53,509 bases of DNA, taken from contig CAYMLW010000002.1 of the NCBI GenBank assembly GCA_964391035.1, positions 1-53,509 on the forward strand, written 5' to 3'. This stretch comes from an uncultured Gemmatimonadaceae bacterium (GTDB taxonomy: Bacteria; Gemmatimonadota; Gemmatimonadetes; Longimicrobiales; RSA9). Positions 1-8,243 of this stretch are shown here, in pieces. A program made the position numbers and the translations under genes. The notes beneath the pieces are model-generated. The model did not search any database. It had not been told where the DNA came from and was given only the letters and a program-made list of their open reading frames with translations. Each line of letters begins with the position of its first letter. Position 1 is the first letter of the stretch.

Positions 1-1
1 T

Positions 2-1198
2 GCCGGATTCGCCCTTACCGGCGTGATCGTGGCCGCGCTGATCCTGAAATACCCCTTCTTCGAGTTCGGGCCCCGCTATGCCGCGGCCACGGGCGAGAGC
101 CTGGTGGAGGGGTATGCGCGCGTCGGCCGGTGGGCGGTCTGGGTCTACTTCGTCATCACCCTGGCCACCGCCGTCATCGTGGACGGCGCGATCCTCCTCT
201 TCACCGCCTTCCTGCTGCTCTCCGTGGCAGGGCTGAACTGGCCGGTCTGGACGGCCGCCGGCGCCCTCTACGGGCTCTGTGCCGGCATTCTGTGGGTCGG
301 GCGGTACCGGCTCCTGGACCTGACCGTCAAGGCGATCCTGGTGCTGCTGGCGGTCTCGACGCTGGTGGCCGCGCTGGTCGCGCTGCCCCGGGCCGACCTC
401 GGGACCTTTGCCCTGATCCCCGAGACGCATCCGTCCGCGGCCGGGCCCGCCGTCCGGTTCGCGTTCCTCCTGGCGCTGATCGGCTGGATGCCTTCGGCGA
501 TCGACATCTCCGTGTGGAACTCGCTGTGGACGCTGGCGAAGGACGAGGCGGAGCGGGTCCAGACCAGCGTGCGCCACGCGCTGCTGGACTTCCGGATCGG
601 CTACATCGGCACCGGGGTCATGGCGTTCGCGTTCCTGACGCTGGGCGCCGCGGTCATGTACGGGAGCGGCGCGGGATTCAGCCCGGCCGGGACGGTCTTT
701 TCGCTTCAGCTCGTGGAGCTGTACGCGGAAACACTGGGAGCGTGGGCGCGGCCGTTCGTCCTGGCCGCGGTCCTGACCACGATGCTCTCGACGTCGCTCA
801 CGGTGGTGGACGGGTTCCCCCGGGGCCTGGCTCGCTCCGTCGAAGTGGTGCGCGGCGAGCGAGGCCCCCTCGGATCGAGAGCCGGAGCGGAGCGGGCCGG
901 TCCGGTTGCGCCGAGCGAGACCGGCGGGACCTACTGGGTGGCCCTCGTCCTCATCGGAATCGCGACGCCGCTGCTCCTGGCCTTCTTCGCGGGCTCGCTG
1001 ACGGGGATGGTCGATTTCGCCACGATCGTGACATTTCTGACGGCACCGCTCCTGGGCTACCTGAATCTCCGGGCGGTCACCCATGACGTGGTGGCCCCCG
1101 AGCACCGGCCCGGGGCGGCGCTCCGGGGCGTGGCCTGGGTCGCCATCGTCGCGGCCACCGTCCTCGGGTTCTTCTACCTCGCGTCGCTGGTCGGCTGA
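2..1198 (+). CDS. Nramp-like polytopic membrane transporter, 5' end cut by window edge
   Basis: The frame is open from base 2. There are many hydrophobic segments. The N-terminal 'KYPFFEFGPRYAAATGESLVEGY' resembles Nramp/MntH-related divalent-cation transporters. Family call is from memory only. Confidence 0.5.
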   Translation, partial: AGFALTGVIVAALILKYPFFEFGPRYAAATGESLVEGYARVGRWAVWVYFVITLATAVIVDGAILLFTAFLLLSVAGLNWPVWTAAGALYGLCAGILWVGRYRLLDLTVKAILVLLAVSTLVAALVALPRADLGTFALIPETHPSAAGPAVRFAFLLALIGWMPSAIDISVWNSLWTLAKDEAERVQTSVRHALLDFRIGYIGTGVMAFAFLTLGAAVMYGSGAGFSPAGTVFSLQLVELYAETLGAWARPFVLAAVLTTMLSTSLTVVDGFPRGLARSVEVVRGERGPLGSRAGAERAGPVAPSETGGTYWVALVLIGIATPLLLAFFAGSLTGMVDFATIVTFLTAPLLGYLNLRAVTHDVVAPEHRPGAALRGVAWVAIVAATVLGFFYLASLVG

Positions 1199-1389
1199 CG
1201 CGGGTCCACGCGCTGGAACACTTCCCGCCGGCCGTCCGCGGTGAACGCGATCACGTCATAGACCTCGGGGTTCGCCGCCGCCCGCTCCACCCGCGCGGCC
1301 ACCGAATCCGTCCCGTCCTCGGCGTCCGGGGTTCCGCAGCCCACCGGGAGGAGCAGAGCGAGGGCGACGGTCATGAGAATGGTCTTCAT
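1174..1389 (-). CDS. small putative lipoprotein (71 aa)
   Basis: ATG at 1389 (MKTILMTVALALLLPVGC) gives a signal peptide plus a lipobox-like LPVGC. The long 204-aa ORF-track extension is Arg/Pro-rich and looks non-coding. Confidence 0.45.
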   Translation of the reverse strand: MKTILMTVALALLLPVGCGTPDAEDGTDSVAARVERAAANPEVYDVIAFTADGRREVFQRVDPRQPTSDAR

Positions 1390-1496
1390 GCGCCCGACCT
1401 CGCGGGGTCGCGCCGGAGGGTAAAGGGGGCCGGTCCAACCGGGCGCACCGGGCGGCCGGGTCGCGGGCCGGGGATGGGGCGTGGCGGAGTGGGGAG

Positions 1497-2657
1497 TCAG
1501 GCGCCCGTGGTCCGGATCAGGGCATCGCGGAGGGCGTCGATATCGGCGTGTGTGTTGTACACGTTCGGCGCGACGCGGATGGCGGCACCGCGAAGGGAGA
1601 CGTAGACGCGGCGTCGCTCGAGCTCGGCGGCTAGGCGGTCGATGTCGAGTCCCGGGGGGGCGCGCAGGCCGAAGAGGTGAGGGCCACGGCCGTCGGGGTG
1701 ATCGGCCTCGAAGCCGTGATCCGCGATGGGCTCGAAGAGGTGGTCGGTGAGGTGGCGGCAGTAGTCCCGGATGGCCGGAACGGTCCATTCCAGGATCTGG
1801 TCCATGGCGGCAATGGCCATGGGGATCAGGACGAAGTTGCTGCGCCCCCCGACATCGTAGCGGGCGGCGGCGGGCCGGTACTCGTCGACGTATGCGACGA
1901 GGTTGCGGAAGTCGTCGCTGCCGGCCCGGGCGAGCCAGGCCTCCTCGAGGGGGACGCCTCGATCATATCGGGGCCCGAACCAACCGAAGGCCACGGAGTA
2001 GGGCCCGAGGAGCCACTTGTACGCGGCGCAGACCACGGCGTCGGCGCCGGTGCTGGCGAGGGCGAAGGGCATGGCGCCGACGGACTGGGTGCCGTCGACG
2101 ACGAATGCGGCGCCCACCTCCCGGCAGCGCTGTCCGATGGCGGCGAGCTGGAAGCGGGTGCCGTCGGTCCAGTGGACGGCGGCGAGGGCCACGGCGGCGG
2201 TGTCGGCGTCGATGGCTTCGAGGATGCGGGCATTCCACTCGCGGCTGCGACCCCGTGTGCGTTGCGGGGAGGGGATAGTGCGAACAGCGGCCCCGGCGTC
2301 GGCGGCGAGGCGTCGCCAGATCAGGGCATTGCTCGGGAACTGGCCTTCGGTGAGGACCACGTTCTGGCCGGCGGCGATGGGGGTGTTGCGGGCGGCGATG
2401 GCGATGCCGTAGGAGACGGCCGGGAGGACGGCGACGCGCTCGGGGTCGTCAGCGCCGATGAGTCGTGCATAGCGGTCGCGGGCGGTGTCGGGCGGGCCGA
2501 AGAAGTCGGGCGGGTGGATGTCGACCGGGAACCGCTTGGTCCGGATGGCGGCGATGCCGGCGTCCTCGACGGACCGGAGCAGCGGCGACATGTAGGCGCC
2601 GTTCAGGTAGTGAACGTGGTCGGGGAGGGCGAAGCGATCGGCCTGGCAATCGAGCAT
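1497..2657 (-). CDS. class-V (PLP-dependent) aminotransferase / cysteine-desulfurase-like enzyme
   Basis: 386 aa. 'VVCAAYKWLLGPYSVAFGW' is a typical PLP-lysine context of aminotransferase class V. The overall layout matches that fold type. Confidence 0.7.
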   Translation of the reverse strand: MLDCQADRFALPDHVHYLNGAYMSPLLRSVEDAGIAAIRTKRFPVDIHPPDFFGPPDTARDRYARLIGADDPERVAVLPAVSYGIAIAARNTPIAAGQNVVLTEGQFPSNALIWRRLAADAGAAVRTIPSPQRTRGRSREWNARILEAIDADTAAVALAAVHWTDGTRFQLAAIGQRCREVGAAFVVDGTQSVGAMPFALASTGADAVVCAAYKWLLGPYSVAFGWFGPRYDRGVPLEEAWLARAGSDDFRNLVAYVDEYRPAAARYDVGGRSNFVLIPMAIAAMDQILEWTVPAIRDYCRHLTDHLFEPIADHGFEADHPDGRGPHLFGLRAPPGLDIDRLAAELERRRVYVSLRGAAIRVAPNVYNTHADIDALRDALIRTTGA

Positions 2658-2733
2658 GGCATGTGGAGGCGAGGGTCCGGGGCACCACCCCCACCACGCT
2701 ATCCCGGGCTTCGGGGCCCGGCAACCGGCTGGC

Positions 2734-3414
2734 TCAACTCGCCTTGAAGATGTCGTCGGCCACGGCCTGCCGGTCCGCGGCGTCGGCGGTGGACGCGGCG
2801 GGATCGAACGCGCCGGCGGGGTGGCGGAATCCGTTGTCGCCCTTGCGGTCCTCGTCGTCGCGGAAGACGGACCTGGCGAAGATGCGGACCACGCGCCGGA
2901 GCTGGCTCTCGAGGTCGGCGATAATGGCCGAGGCGTGCTCGAGCTGCTGCGACGAGATGTCCTGGAACTGGAGGGCGACGACGAGGGCGTAGAGCTCCTC
3001 GCGGAGGGACTGGAAGTCGTCGTCGTCGCCGTCCTTCTCGATGCGGTCGACCAGCAGGAGGGCGCGGTCGACGCCGTCGAGCATGTTGGTGGCGGCGTGC
3101 TCGGTGGTGGACGAGACCTGCTGGAGCTTGGCCGTGGTGGTCTCGAGGTGGCTGAGCGCGGCTTCTTCGAGGAGGCCGCGGCTCTGGCGCACCTGGTAGA
3201 GGATCCGCTGGAGCTCGGCGTACATCCGGACGAAGGCGCGCTCGACGCTCCGGGTCTCGGAGCTGTGCTCGTTGAGCCGCTCGAGCATCCGAAGCAGCCC
3301 GGCGTTCAGGCGCTCCTCGTCCTCCGGCTCGCTGGCCAGCTCGGCCACGAGGTCATCCACGAGCCGGAGCGTGGCCGCGGAATCCTGGAGCTGTTCGTTC
3401 GTCAGACCGCCCAC
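2734..3414 (-). CDS. cheZ: CheZ-like CheY-P phosphatase
   Basis: Lies directly downstream of cheY. 'LQFQDISSQQLEH' matches the CheZ catalytic FQDLTGQ (D-x3-Q) motif. The acidic C-terminal 'QAVADDIFKAS' resembles the CheY-binding tail. GTG 3414 is preceded by GAGGAGGG. Confidence 0.6.
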   Translation of the reverse strand: MGGLTNEQLQDSAATLRLVDDLVAELASEPEDEERLNAGLLRMLERLNEHSSETRSVERAFVRMYAELQRILYQVRQSRGLLEEAALSHLETTTAKLQQVSSTTEHAATNMLDGVDRALLLVDRIEKDGDDDDFQSLREELYALVVALQFQDISSQQLEHASAIIADLESQLRRVVRIFARSVFRDDEDRKGDNGFRHPAGAFDPAASTADAADRQAVADDIFKAS

Positions 3415-3434
3415 GACACCCTCCTCGCCTCGAG

Positions 3435-3815
3435 TCAGGCCGCCGCTCCACCCACGGCGCTGAGGACCTGATCGATCTTCTCCTTCAGCACCTCGGGTGT
3501 GAACGGCTTGACCACGTAGTTGTTCACGCCGGCCTGGGCGGCGGCGACGATGTCCTCCCGGATGCTCCGGGTGGTGACCATGAGGATGGGAACGCTGCCG
3601 CCATCGGGGCGTGCCCGGAGCTCCTTCACAAGGTCGAGCCCACCCATGTTCGGCATGTTCCAGTCGGTGATGACGAAGTCGATGGAGTCATCGAAGACCT
3701 TCAGTGCGCGGAGCCCATCCTCGGCCTCGGCGAATTCGCTGTAGCCGATCCGACCCAGGGAGTTGGCGACGATGCGCCGCATGGTGGCCGAGTCGTCGAC
3801 GATCAGGAATTTCAT
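3435..3815 (-). CDS. cheY: chemotaxis response regulator CheY
   Basis: Single REC domain with 'KFLIVDDSATMRR', 'DFVITDWNMPNMGG' and 'YVVKPFT'. ATG 3815 is preceded by GAGG. The ORF-track GTG at 3833 would overlap flgM. Confidence 0.9.
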   Translation of the reverse strand: MKFLIVDDSATMRRIVANSLGRIGYSEFAEAEDGLRALKVFDDSIDFVITDWNMPNMGGLDLVKELRARPDGGSVPILMVTTRSIREDIVAAAQAGVNNYVVKPFTPEVLKEKIDQVLSAVGGAAA

Positions 3816-3822
3816 GACAGCC

Positions 3823-4101
3823 TCAGAACTCACCGAAGTCGATCATGCGGCGCGCGATGGATTCGATGACCTCGGGCGCGTCGTAGGCACCGGTCACGAT
3901 CCGGTGCCGGATCTCGGCGACCTGCTCGGCCGACAGGCCCGGGACGTTGTCGAGCTCCGCGGCCCGCTCCCTTGCCTCCCGGGAGATCTCGACGCGGTCG
4001 GCCGCGCGGGGCTGTTCGGTGCGCTTGCCCTCCGCCCCATCGCCCGTGGGGCCCGTCACCGGCTGGAAACGGGCAGGATTGTTTTCGATCGGTCCAATCA
4101 T
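3823..4101 (-). CDS. flgM: anti-sigma-28 factor FlgM
   Basis: The C-terminal 'AEIRHRIVTGAYDAPEVIESIARRM' is the FlgM signature. ATG 4101 lies 7 nt after GGAGGAGG, so the track start at 4140 was not used. Confidence 0.75.
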   Translation of the reverse strand: MIGPIENNPARFQPVTGPTGDGAEGKRTEQPRAADRVEISREARERAAELDNVPGLSAEQVAEIRHRIVTGAYDAPEVIESIARRMIDFGEF

Positions 4102-4130
4102 CGTATCTCCTCCTCCATGTCTACTGGAGG

Positions 4131-4157
4131 TTGTCGGCACTTCCGGAAATTACTTTA
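4131..4157 (-). promoter_or_regulatory. sigma-28 promoter candidate for flgM-cheY-cheZ
   Basis: Minus strand reads TAAA-GTAATTTCCGGAAGT(15)-GCCGACAA, against the consensus TAAA-N15-GCCGATAA. It lies about 30 nt upstream of the flgM ATG. Confidence 0.6.
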
Positions 4158-4161
4158 GCGG

Positions 4162-4584
4162 TCAGGAGGTCACGTCCACGCTACGACCCGTCGAGGGGGT
4201 CGAGCCGGCCAGGTACCCCATACGGCCGGGACGCCGGTCGTCCATGTCCTTGACCGCTCTGCCGACCTCCCCTCCCAGGGCCCCGAGCTTCTGGAGCACC
4301 GCCCGGTCGGTGGCGCCGATGGCCTGGAGTCTGTCCCGGAGCGACGGGTCCACCGACTTCGCGTCGTGTTCGCCGGAGTCCGGGTCGAGGGCATCGATCT
4401 CGCGAGCGACCGCCTCCCGCTCGTCCGCCAGCTCGTGGAACCGCTCCAGGTCGGGGGCCGGTGCGTCGAGGGCCGCCAGCTGCGCGGCCAGGATCCGGCC
4501 ATACCGGTCCCATGCGTCCAGCTGGGCTGGAGGGGCGCCGTTCCGGCGGCGTCGCGAATCCCTGGAGCCGGCGGGCTCGATCAT
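4162..4584 (-). CDS. hypothetical helical protein in the fliT position
   Basis: The ATG at 4584 overlaps the fliS stop (ATGA). 140 aa, Ala/Leu/Asp/Arg-rich and predicted helical. No motif recognised. Confidence 0.5.
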   Translation of the reverse strand: MIEPAGSRDSRRRRNGAPPAQLDAWDRYGRILAAQLAALDAPAPDLERFHELADEREAVAREIDALDPDSGEHDAKSVDPSLRDRLQAIGATDRAVLQKLGALGGEVGRAVKDMDDRRPGRMGYLAGSTPSTGRSVDVTS

Positions 4585-4967
4585 GCGGTGCCTCCGCGTT
4601 CGACCTGGCTCGCCGCCTCGTCCCACGCGGTGTGCAGGCCGTCGATCATCTCGACGAGCGAGTGGAGTCGGGCCGTGTCGAGGGACCGGCCGACATCCAG
4701 GATCTCGCGGGCGAAGTATCCGTACAGACCCGCGAGGCGGGAGGCGAGCTCGTCGCCGGCATCGAAGTCGAGAGAGCCGAGCAGCTCGTAGACGATATCC
4801 GATGCCTTCTGGAGACTTTCCGACTTGGCCTCGAGATCCCCGGCCTCCATCTGCCTACCGGCCCGGCGAAGGTTCTTGAGCAGCCCCTGATAGAGGAGCG
4901 GGACGAGCCGCTCCCGGGGTGCAGTGAGGATCTGATTGTCGAGGTACGCCGAGTGCCCGTACATCAT
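4581..4967 (-). CDS. fliS: flagellin export chaperone FliS
   Basis: 'MMYGHSAYLDNQILTAPRERLVPLLYQGLL...' is a typical FliS N-terminus and four-helix layout. ATG 4967 is preceded by GGAG. An alternative start at 4991 cannot be excluded. Confidence 0.85.
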   Translation of the reverse strand: MMYGHSAYLDNQILTAPRERLVPLLYQGLLKNLRRAGRQMEAGDLEAKSESLQKASDIVYELLGSLDFDAGDELASRLAGLYGYFAREILDVGRSLDTARLHSLVEMIDGLHTAWDEAASQVERGGTA

Positions 4968-5008
4968 GCCGCTCCGTAGTCGGTGCTCCATGACTCATGG
5001 TATCGACA

Positions 5009-8000
5009 CTACTCGTCAGTACTTGAGGCCGATCCGGGGAGAGCCCCGATCTGGGCCATCAGCCAGGCGGACTGGTTCTGGGCAATGGCCATCGCCTTCT
5101 CCATCGCGGTGAACTTGCGGATCAGGGTGTCCCTGCGCCGCTCGAGTCGCGCCTCCATGTCATCGATCCGGTCGTTCAGCGTCTCCACGCGGTCGTCGAG
5201 CCCGTCGAGGAGCCACTGGATCGAGCCGTCGGCGCTGTCGAGCATGGGCTCGATGGCCTGCTCGACCAGGGAGGCGATGCCGCGACTGAACGTGACCGAA
5301 CCTGTCGAGAAGCTCTCGCCCACGGACACCATGAGCCCCTCGACATCGGTGTCCGCGGCGCCGGTCAGAACGCGACCCGAGCCGGTGGCGGCCATGCCGC
5401 CGATGGTCCCGACCGCATCCGTACCGGCGTACTCCGTGGCGGTCGTCCCCCCGAGCCCCAGCTCCGTCTCGGTCCCGGCATTGGCATACTCGATCCGGAA
5501 GCCGGCGGTCGTACCGTAGTCCTGGTGCGCGAGGGCGAGGGCGCCGCCGACGAGGGACGCGTCGATCCGGGCGGCGGCCCGACCTTCCTGAGAGACCTCC
5601 GTGGCCAGCTGAAGCGTACCGCCCCCGAGGTTGTCGGAGCTCATCTCGACTTCCAGCAAGCTCGAGCCGGTTTCGGCGGCGGTGATCGAGAACGTGCCGT
5701 CGCCGGCCAACTCCACGGTGGCGTCGGTGCCCAGGGTGTTCTGGAGGAGGTCGCGCAGCTCGCCCAGTGTCTGAGTGGTCACGTCGGCAAGGGCCAGCGA
5801 TTCGCTGAACGAGGTGCCGTCGGCACGTCGGCCAGCGATCGTGATGGTGTCGCCGTTCTGGACTCCGGCGCTCGATCCGCCCTGGTGGATCTGGCTCCAG
5901 GTGGTGTCCGTGGTGGCGGCGGTGCCGCCGGAATCCGAATCGAGGGCGGTGGTGGTCGCGATGGTGTGGGCCCGGGCCGTCGCCAGCTCGGTCTGGACGT
6001 TCTGGAGGACGGTCTCGGCCGTCTGATTCGCCTCGAGGGCCACGCTGTAGCTGCTGCCGGTGCCCAGATCCGTGATGACCAGGGTGTCGGATGCGAAGGA
6101 GGCGTCGAGCCCGTCGGCCAGATTGGTGCTTCCCGTTACCGAAGCCGTCGTGGCCGCCGACGTGACCGCCACGGTGTACGTGCCCGGGACGGTGTCATCC
6201 CCCGCCCCGAGGTAGCGGAGCCCGCTCCCGCTGGCGGCGCCGTGCACGCCGAACAGTCGCTCCACGGCGGTCGGGTCCGCGGCCAGCGCGTCGCGCAGGG
6301 TGGCCTCGTCGAAGGAGAAGGTGCCGTCCTGCTGGATCTCGACCCCGACATCCGTGAGGCGGGTCCACGAGCCGGCCACGCCGGTCCCGAGTGCCGTCCG
6401 CATGGCCGCGAGGATCCGGGTCCGGAAGCTCCGGAGGGTGCCGTCAGCAGCCAGAGGTTTGTTCGAGCCCTCGCCGCCGGTGAACTGGTCGGTCACGAAG
6501 CTGGCGACATCGTTGTAGCCGTCGACCAGGGCCTTCACCGCTGTCACCGCGGCGTCCACGTCCCGGCCGAGGGTGAGGGTCGCGGCCTCCGTCGTGGTGC
6601 CGGTCAGACCGAGGATGACGCCGGGGACGGGACCGGTGACCGTGTTGCTGGAATGGGTCGAGTAGACCCCGTCCACGCGGACCGCGGCGTCGGCACCGGC
6701 GACGATCTCCCGGGACCGGCCCACCACGGCCGTCTCGAAGGCGCCGAAATCGAGGGTGCCTCCGCCCTCGTTGTGGCTGACGATGGAGACGGCCAGGCGG
6801 CTGGCCCCTCCGGTGGCGTCGGTGACCACGAGCCGGCCGCTACCGTCGATGGAGGCGGTGGCCGCACCGTCGTAGCCGCTGGCGCCCTCGAGGGCGTCGA
6901 GGATGCCCTGGAGGATGTCGCCGCTCTGGACCGTGTAGTCGAGCTCGAACGTGGTGCCGTCGCGCCGGGTCCCGGCCAGGGTCAGGGAATCTCCGACCTG
7001 GACGCCGGCCGAACCCGCCGCGGTCGCGAGGGCGGTGAGCTCGGTGGCGGCGGTCGCGGTGGCGGCCAGGTCGTCGAGGAACGCGGTGGCCGAGCGGACG
7101 GACTGGGCCACGTCGCCGCGCCCGCCCTCGAGTACGCCGAGGGTCTCGAGGACGCCGTTCGCGTCGGAAAAGGCGGTGGTCCCGCTGATGTCGAGGCGAT
7201 AGACGGTCCCACCGTCCACCGTCTCGGCGACGACGACGGCGGAGATCTGTTTGCCCTGGGCGGTGGCGGCGTCGTTGAGGGCCTGGGCGATGTCCTCCAG
7301 GTCGCCGGTCAGGTCGATGGCCACGTCCTGGACCCCGCCGATGTCGACGGTCCCCGTGGTGGTCCCCGTGATGCCCAGCATCGTGGACACGGCCGTGCTG
7401 CTGCTGGCGAAGGCGTCGCTCGTGGCGCCGTCCGAGGTGGCGTGCTTGATTGCGGACGTGCCGTCGGTGAAGCCGAGGGCGGCGGCGATTCCGTCGGCCC
7501 CGTCGGCCAGCGCGATGCCGGCCGCGCCCGTGCTGCGGGCGGAAAGGACGAGCTGGTCGCCGACGTCTGTGCTGACCACGGTCGCCGAGACCCCGGTGGC
7601 GTCGGTGCCGGTGTCGGCGGCATTGATCGCATAGGCGAGGTCGGCCAGGGTGTGGGCCGCGTCGATGGCGATGCGGGCGCCGTTGATCCAGAACTCGCCG
7701 GTGAGGCCGAGGGCGTCGCCGCTCGAGGCGACGAAGTCGCTCCCGATCTTCTCCGCGGTGGCCACCTGGAGCACCTCGACGGCGTAGGATCCCGGGGAAG
7801 CGGAGGCGCCGGCGCTGGCGGTGAAACCGCTGCCGGTGACGGTGGTCGTGACGCCGTCGAAGGACGAGCCGTCGGCCAGGACGCTGGCGGAGTCCTGGAG
7901 CGTGGTGATCCTGGACTGGAAGGTGAGCCAGGCAGCGGACCGGGACTGGATCCCGGTGATCTTCTGCTGCACGCGCTGCGCGGGTCGTTCCTCGATCTGC

Positions 8001-8071
8001 ATGAGCTGGTCGACCAGGTCCCGCCACTGCACCCCGCTGGCCAGCCCGCTGAACGTCGCGATGGGTTCCAT
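5009..8071 (-). CDS. fliD: filament cap protein FliD (HAP2), unusually long (1020 aa)
   Basis: The N-terminus 'FSGLASGVQWRDLVDQLMQIEERP' and C-terminus 'RLERRRDTLIRKFTAMEKAMAIAQNQSAWL' are canonical FliD coiled-coil ends. The central 'VKALVDGYNDV' is the FliD_C core. Confidence 0.9.
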   Translation of the reverse strand: MEPIATFSGLASGVQWRDLVDQLMQIEERPAQRVQQKITGIQSRSAAWLTFQSRITTLQDSASVLADGSSFDGVTTTVTGSGFTASAGASASPGSYAVEVLQVATAEKIGSDFVASSGDALGLTGEFWINGARIAIDAAHTLADLAYAINAADTGTDATGVSATVVSTDVGDQLVLSARSTGAAGIALADGADGIAAALGFTDGTSAIKHATSDGATSDAFASSSTAVSTMLGITGTTTGTVDIGGVQDVAIDLTGDLEDIAQALNDAATAQGKQISAVVVAETVDGGTVYRLDISGTTAFSDANGVLETLGVLEGGRGDVAQSVRSATAFLDDLAATATAATELTALATAAGSAGVQVGDSLTLAGTRRDGTTFELDYTVQSGDILQGILDALEGASGYDGAATASIDGSGRLVVTDATGGASRLAVSIVSHNEGGGTLDFGAFETAVVGRSREIVAGADAAVRVDGVYSTHSSNTVTGPVPGVILGLTGTTTEAATLTLGRDVDAAVTAVKALVDGYNDVASFVTDQFTGGEGSNKPLAADGTLRSFRTRILAAMRTALGTGVAGSWTRLTDVGVEIQQDGTFSFDEATLRDALAADPTAVERLFGVHGAASGSGLRYLGAGDDTVPGTYTVAVTSAATTASVTGSTNLADGLDASFASDTLVITDLGTGSSYSVALEANQTAETVLQNVQTELATARAHTIATTTALDSDSGGTAATTDTTWSQIHQGGSSAGVQNGDTITIAGRRADGTSFSESLALADVTTQTLGELRDLLQNTLGTDATVELAGDGTFSITAAETGSSLLEVEMSSDNLGGGTLQLATEVSQEGRAAARIDASLVGGALALAHQDYGTTAGFRIEYANAGTETELGLGGTTATEYAGTDAVGTIGGMAATGSGRVLTGAADTDVEGLMVSVGESFSTGSVTFSRGIASLVEQAIEPMLDSADGSIQWLLDGLDDRVETLNDRIDDMEARLERRRDTLIRKFTAMEKAMAIAQNQSAWLMAQIGALPGSASSTDE

Positions 8072-8125
8072 GTGTCCCTGCTGCTACGGGCGGCGTCCCG
8101 CCCTCGTGGATTCCGCTTGATTGAA

Positions 8126-8152
8126 GGATCGGCAAGGTGTGGGAAGACTTGA
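8126..8152 (-). promoter_or_regulatory. sigma-28 promoter candidate for fliD-fliS
   Basis: Minus strand reads TCAA-GTCTTCCCACACCTT(15)-GCCGATCC. It lies 55 nt upstream of the fliD ATG and immediately after the fliC terminator. Confidence 0.45.
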
Positions 8153-8160
8153 GGGGGCGT

Positions 8161-8202
8161 GAAAAGGAAGAAACCGACGCCGGGCACGAGGCCCGACGCC
8201 GG
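8161..8202 (-). terminator. rho-independent terminator of fliC
   Basis: Minus-strand RNA is CCGGCGUCGGGC-CUCGU-GCCCGGCGUCGG, a 12-bp stem with two G.U pairs, followed by UUUCUUCCUUUUC. Confidence 0.6.
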
Positions 8203-8243
8203 CTGCGGATCGACCCTCGGGGCCGAACCGAGCTTCCGTTCCT

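Noticed and set aside
5525-8152. Very long ORFs antisense to well-supported genes. Examples are 5525..8152(+), 13171..14904(+), 15187..16380(+), 21673..24075(+), 28767..30968(+), 31333..33351(+), 31589..33691(+), 40995..42578(+), 44305..45867(+) and 50753..52339(+).
   Set aside because: Their translations are Arg/Gly/Pro/Ala/Asp low-complexity with no recognisable motifs. Each mirrors a gene with strong family signatures on the other strand. Stop codons are rare in antisense frames of very GC-rich DNA, so these are compositional artefacts rather than overlapping genes.
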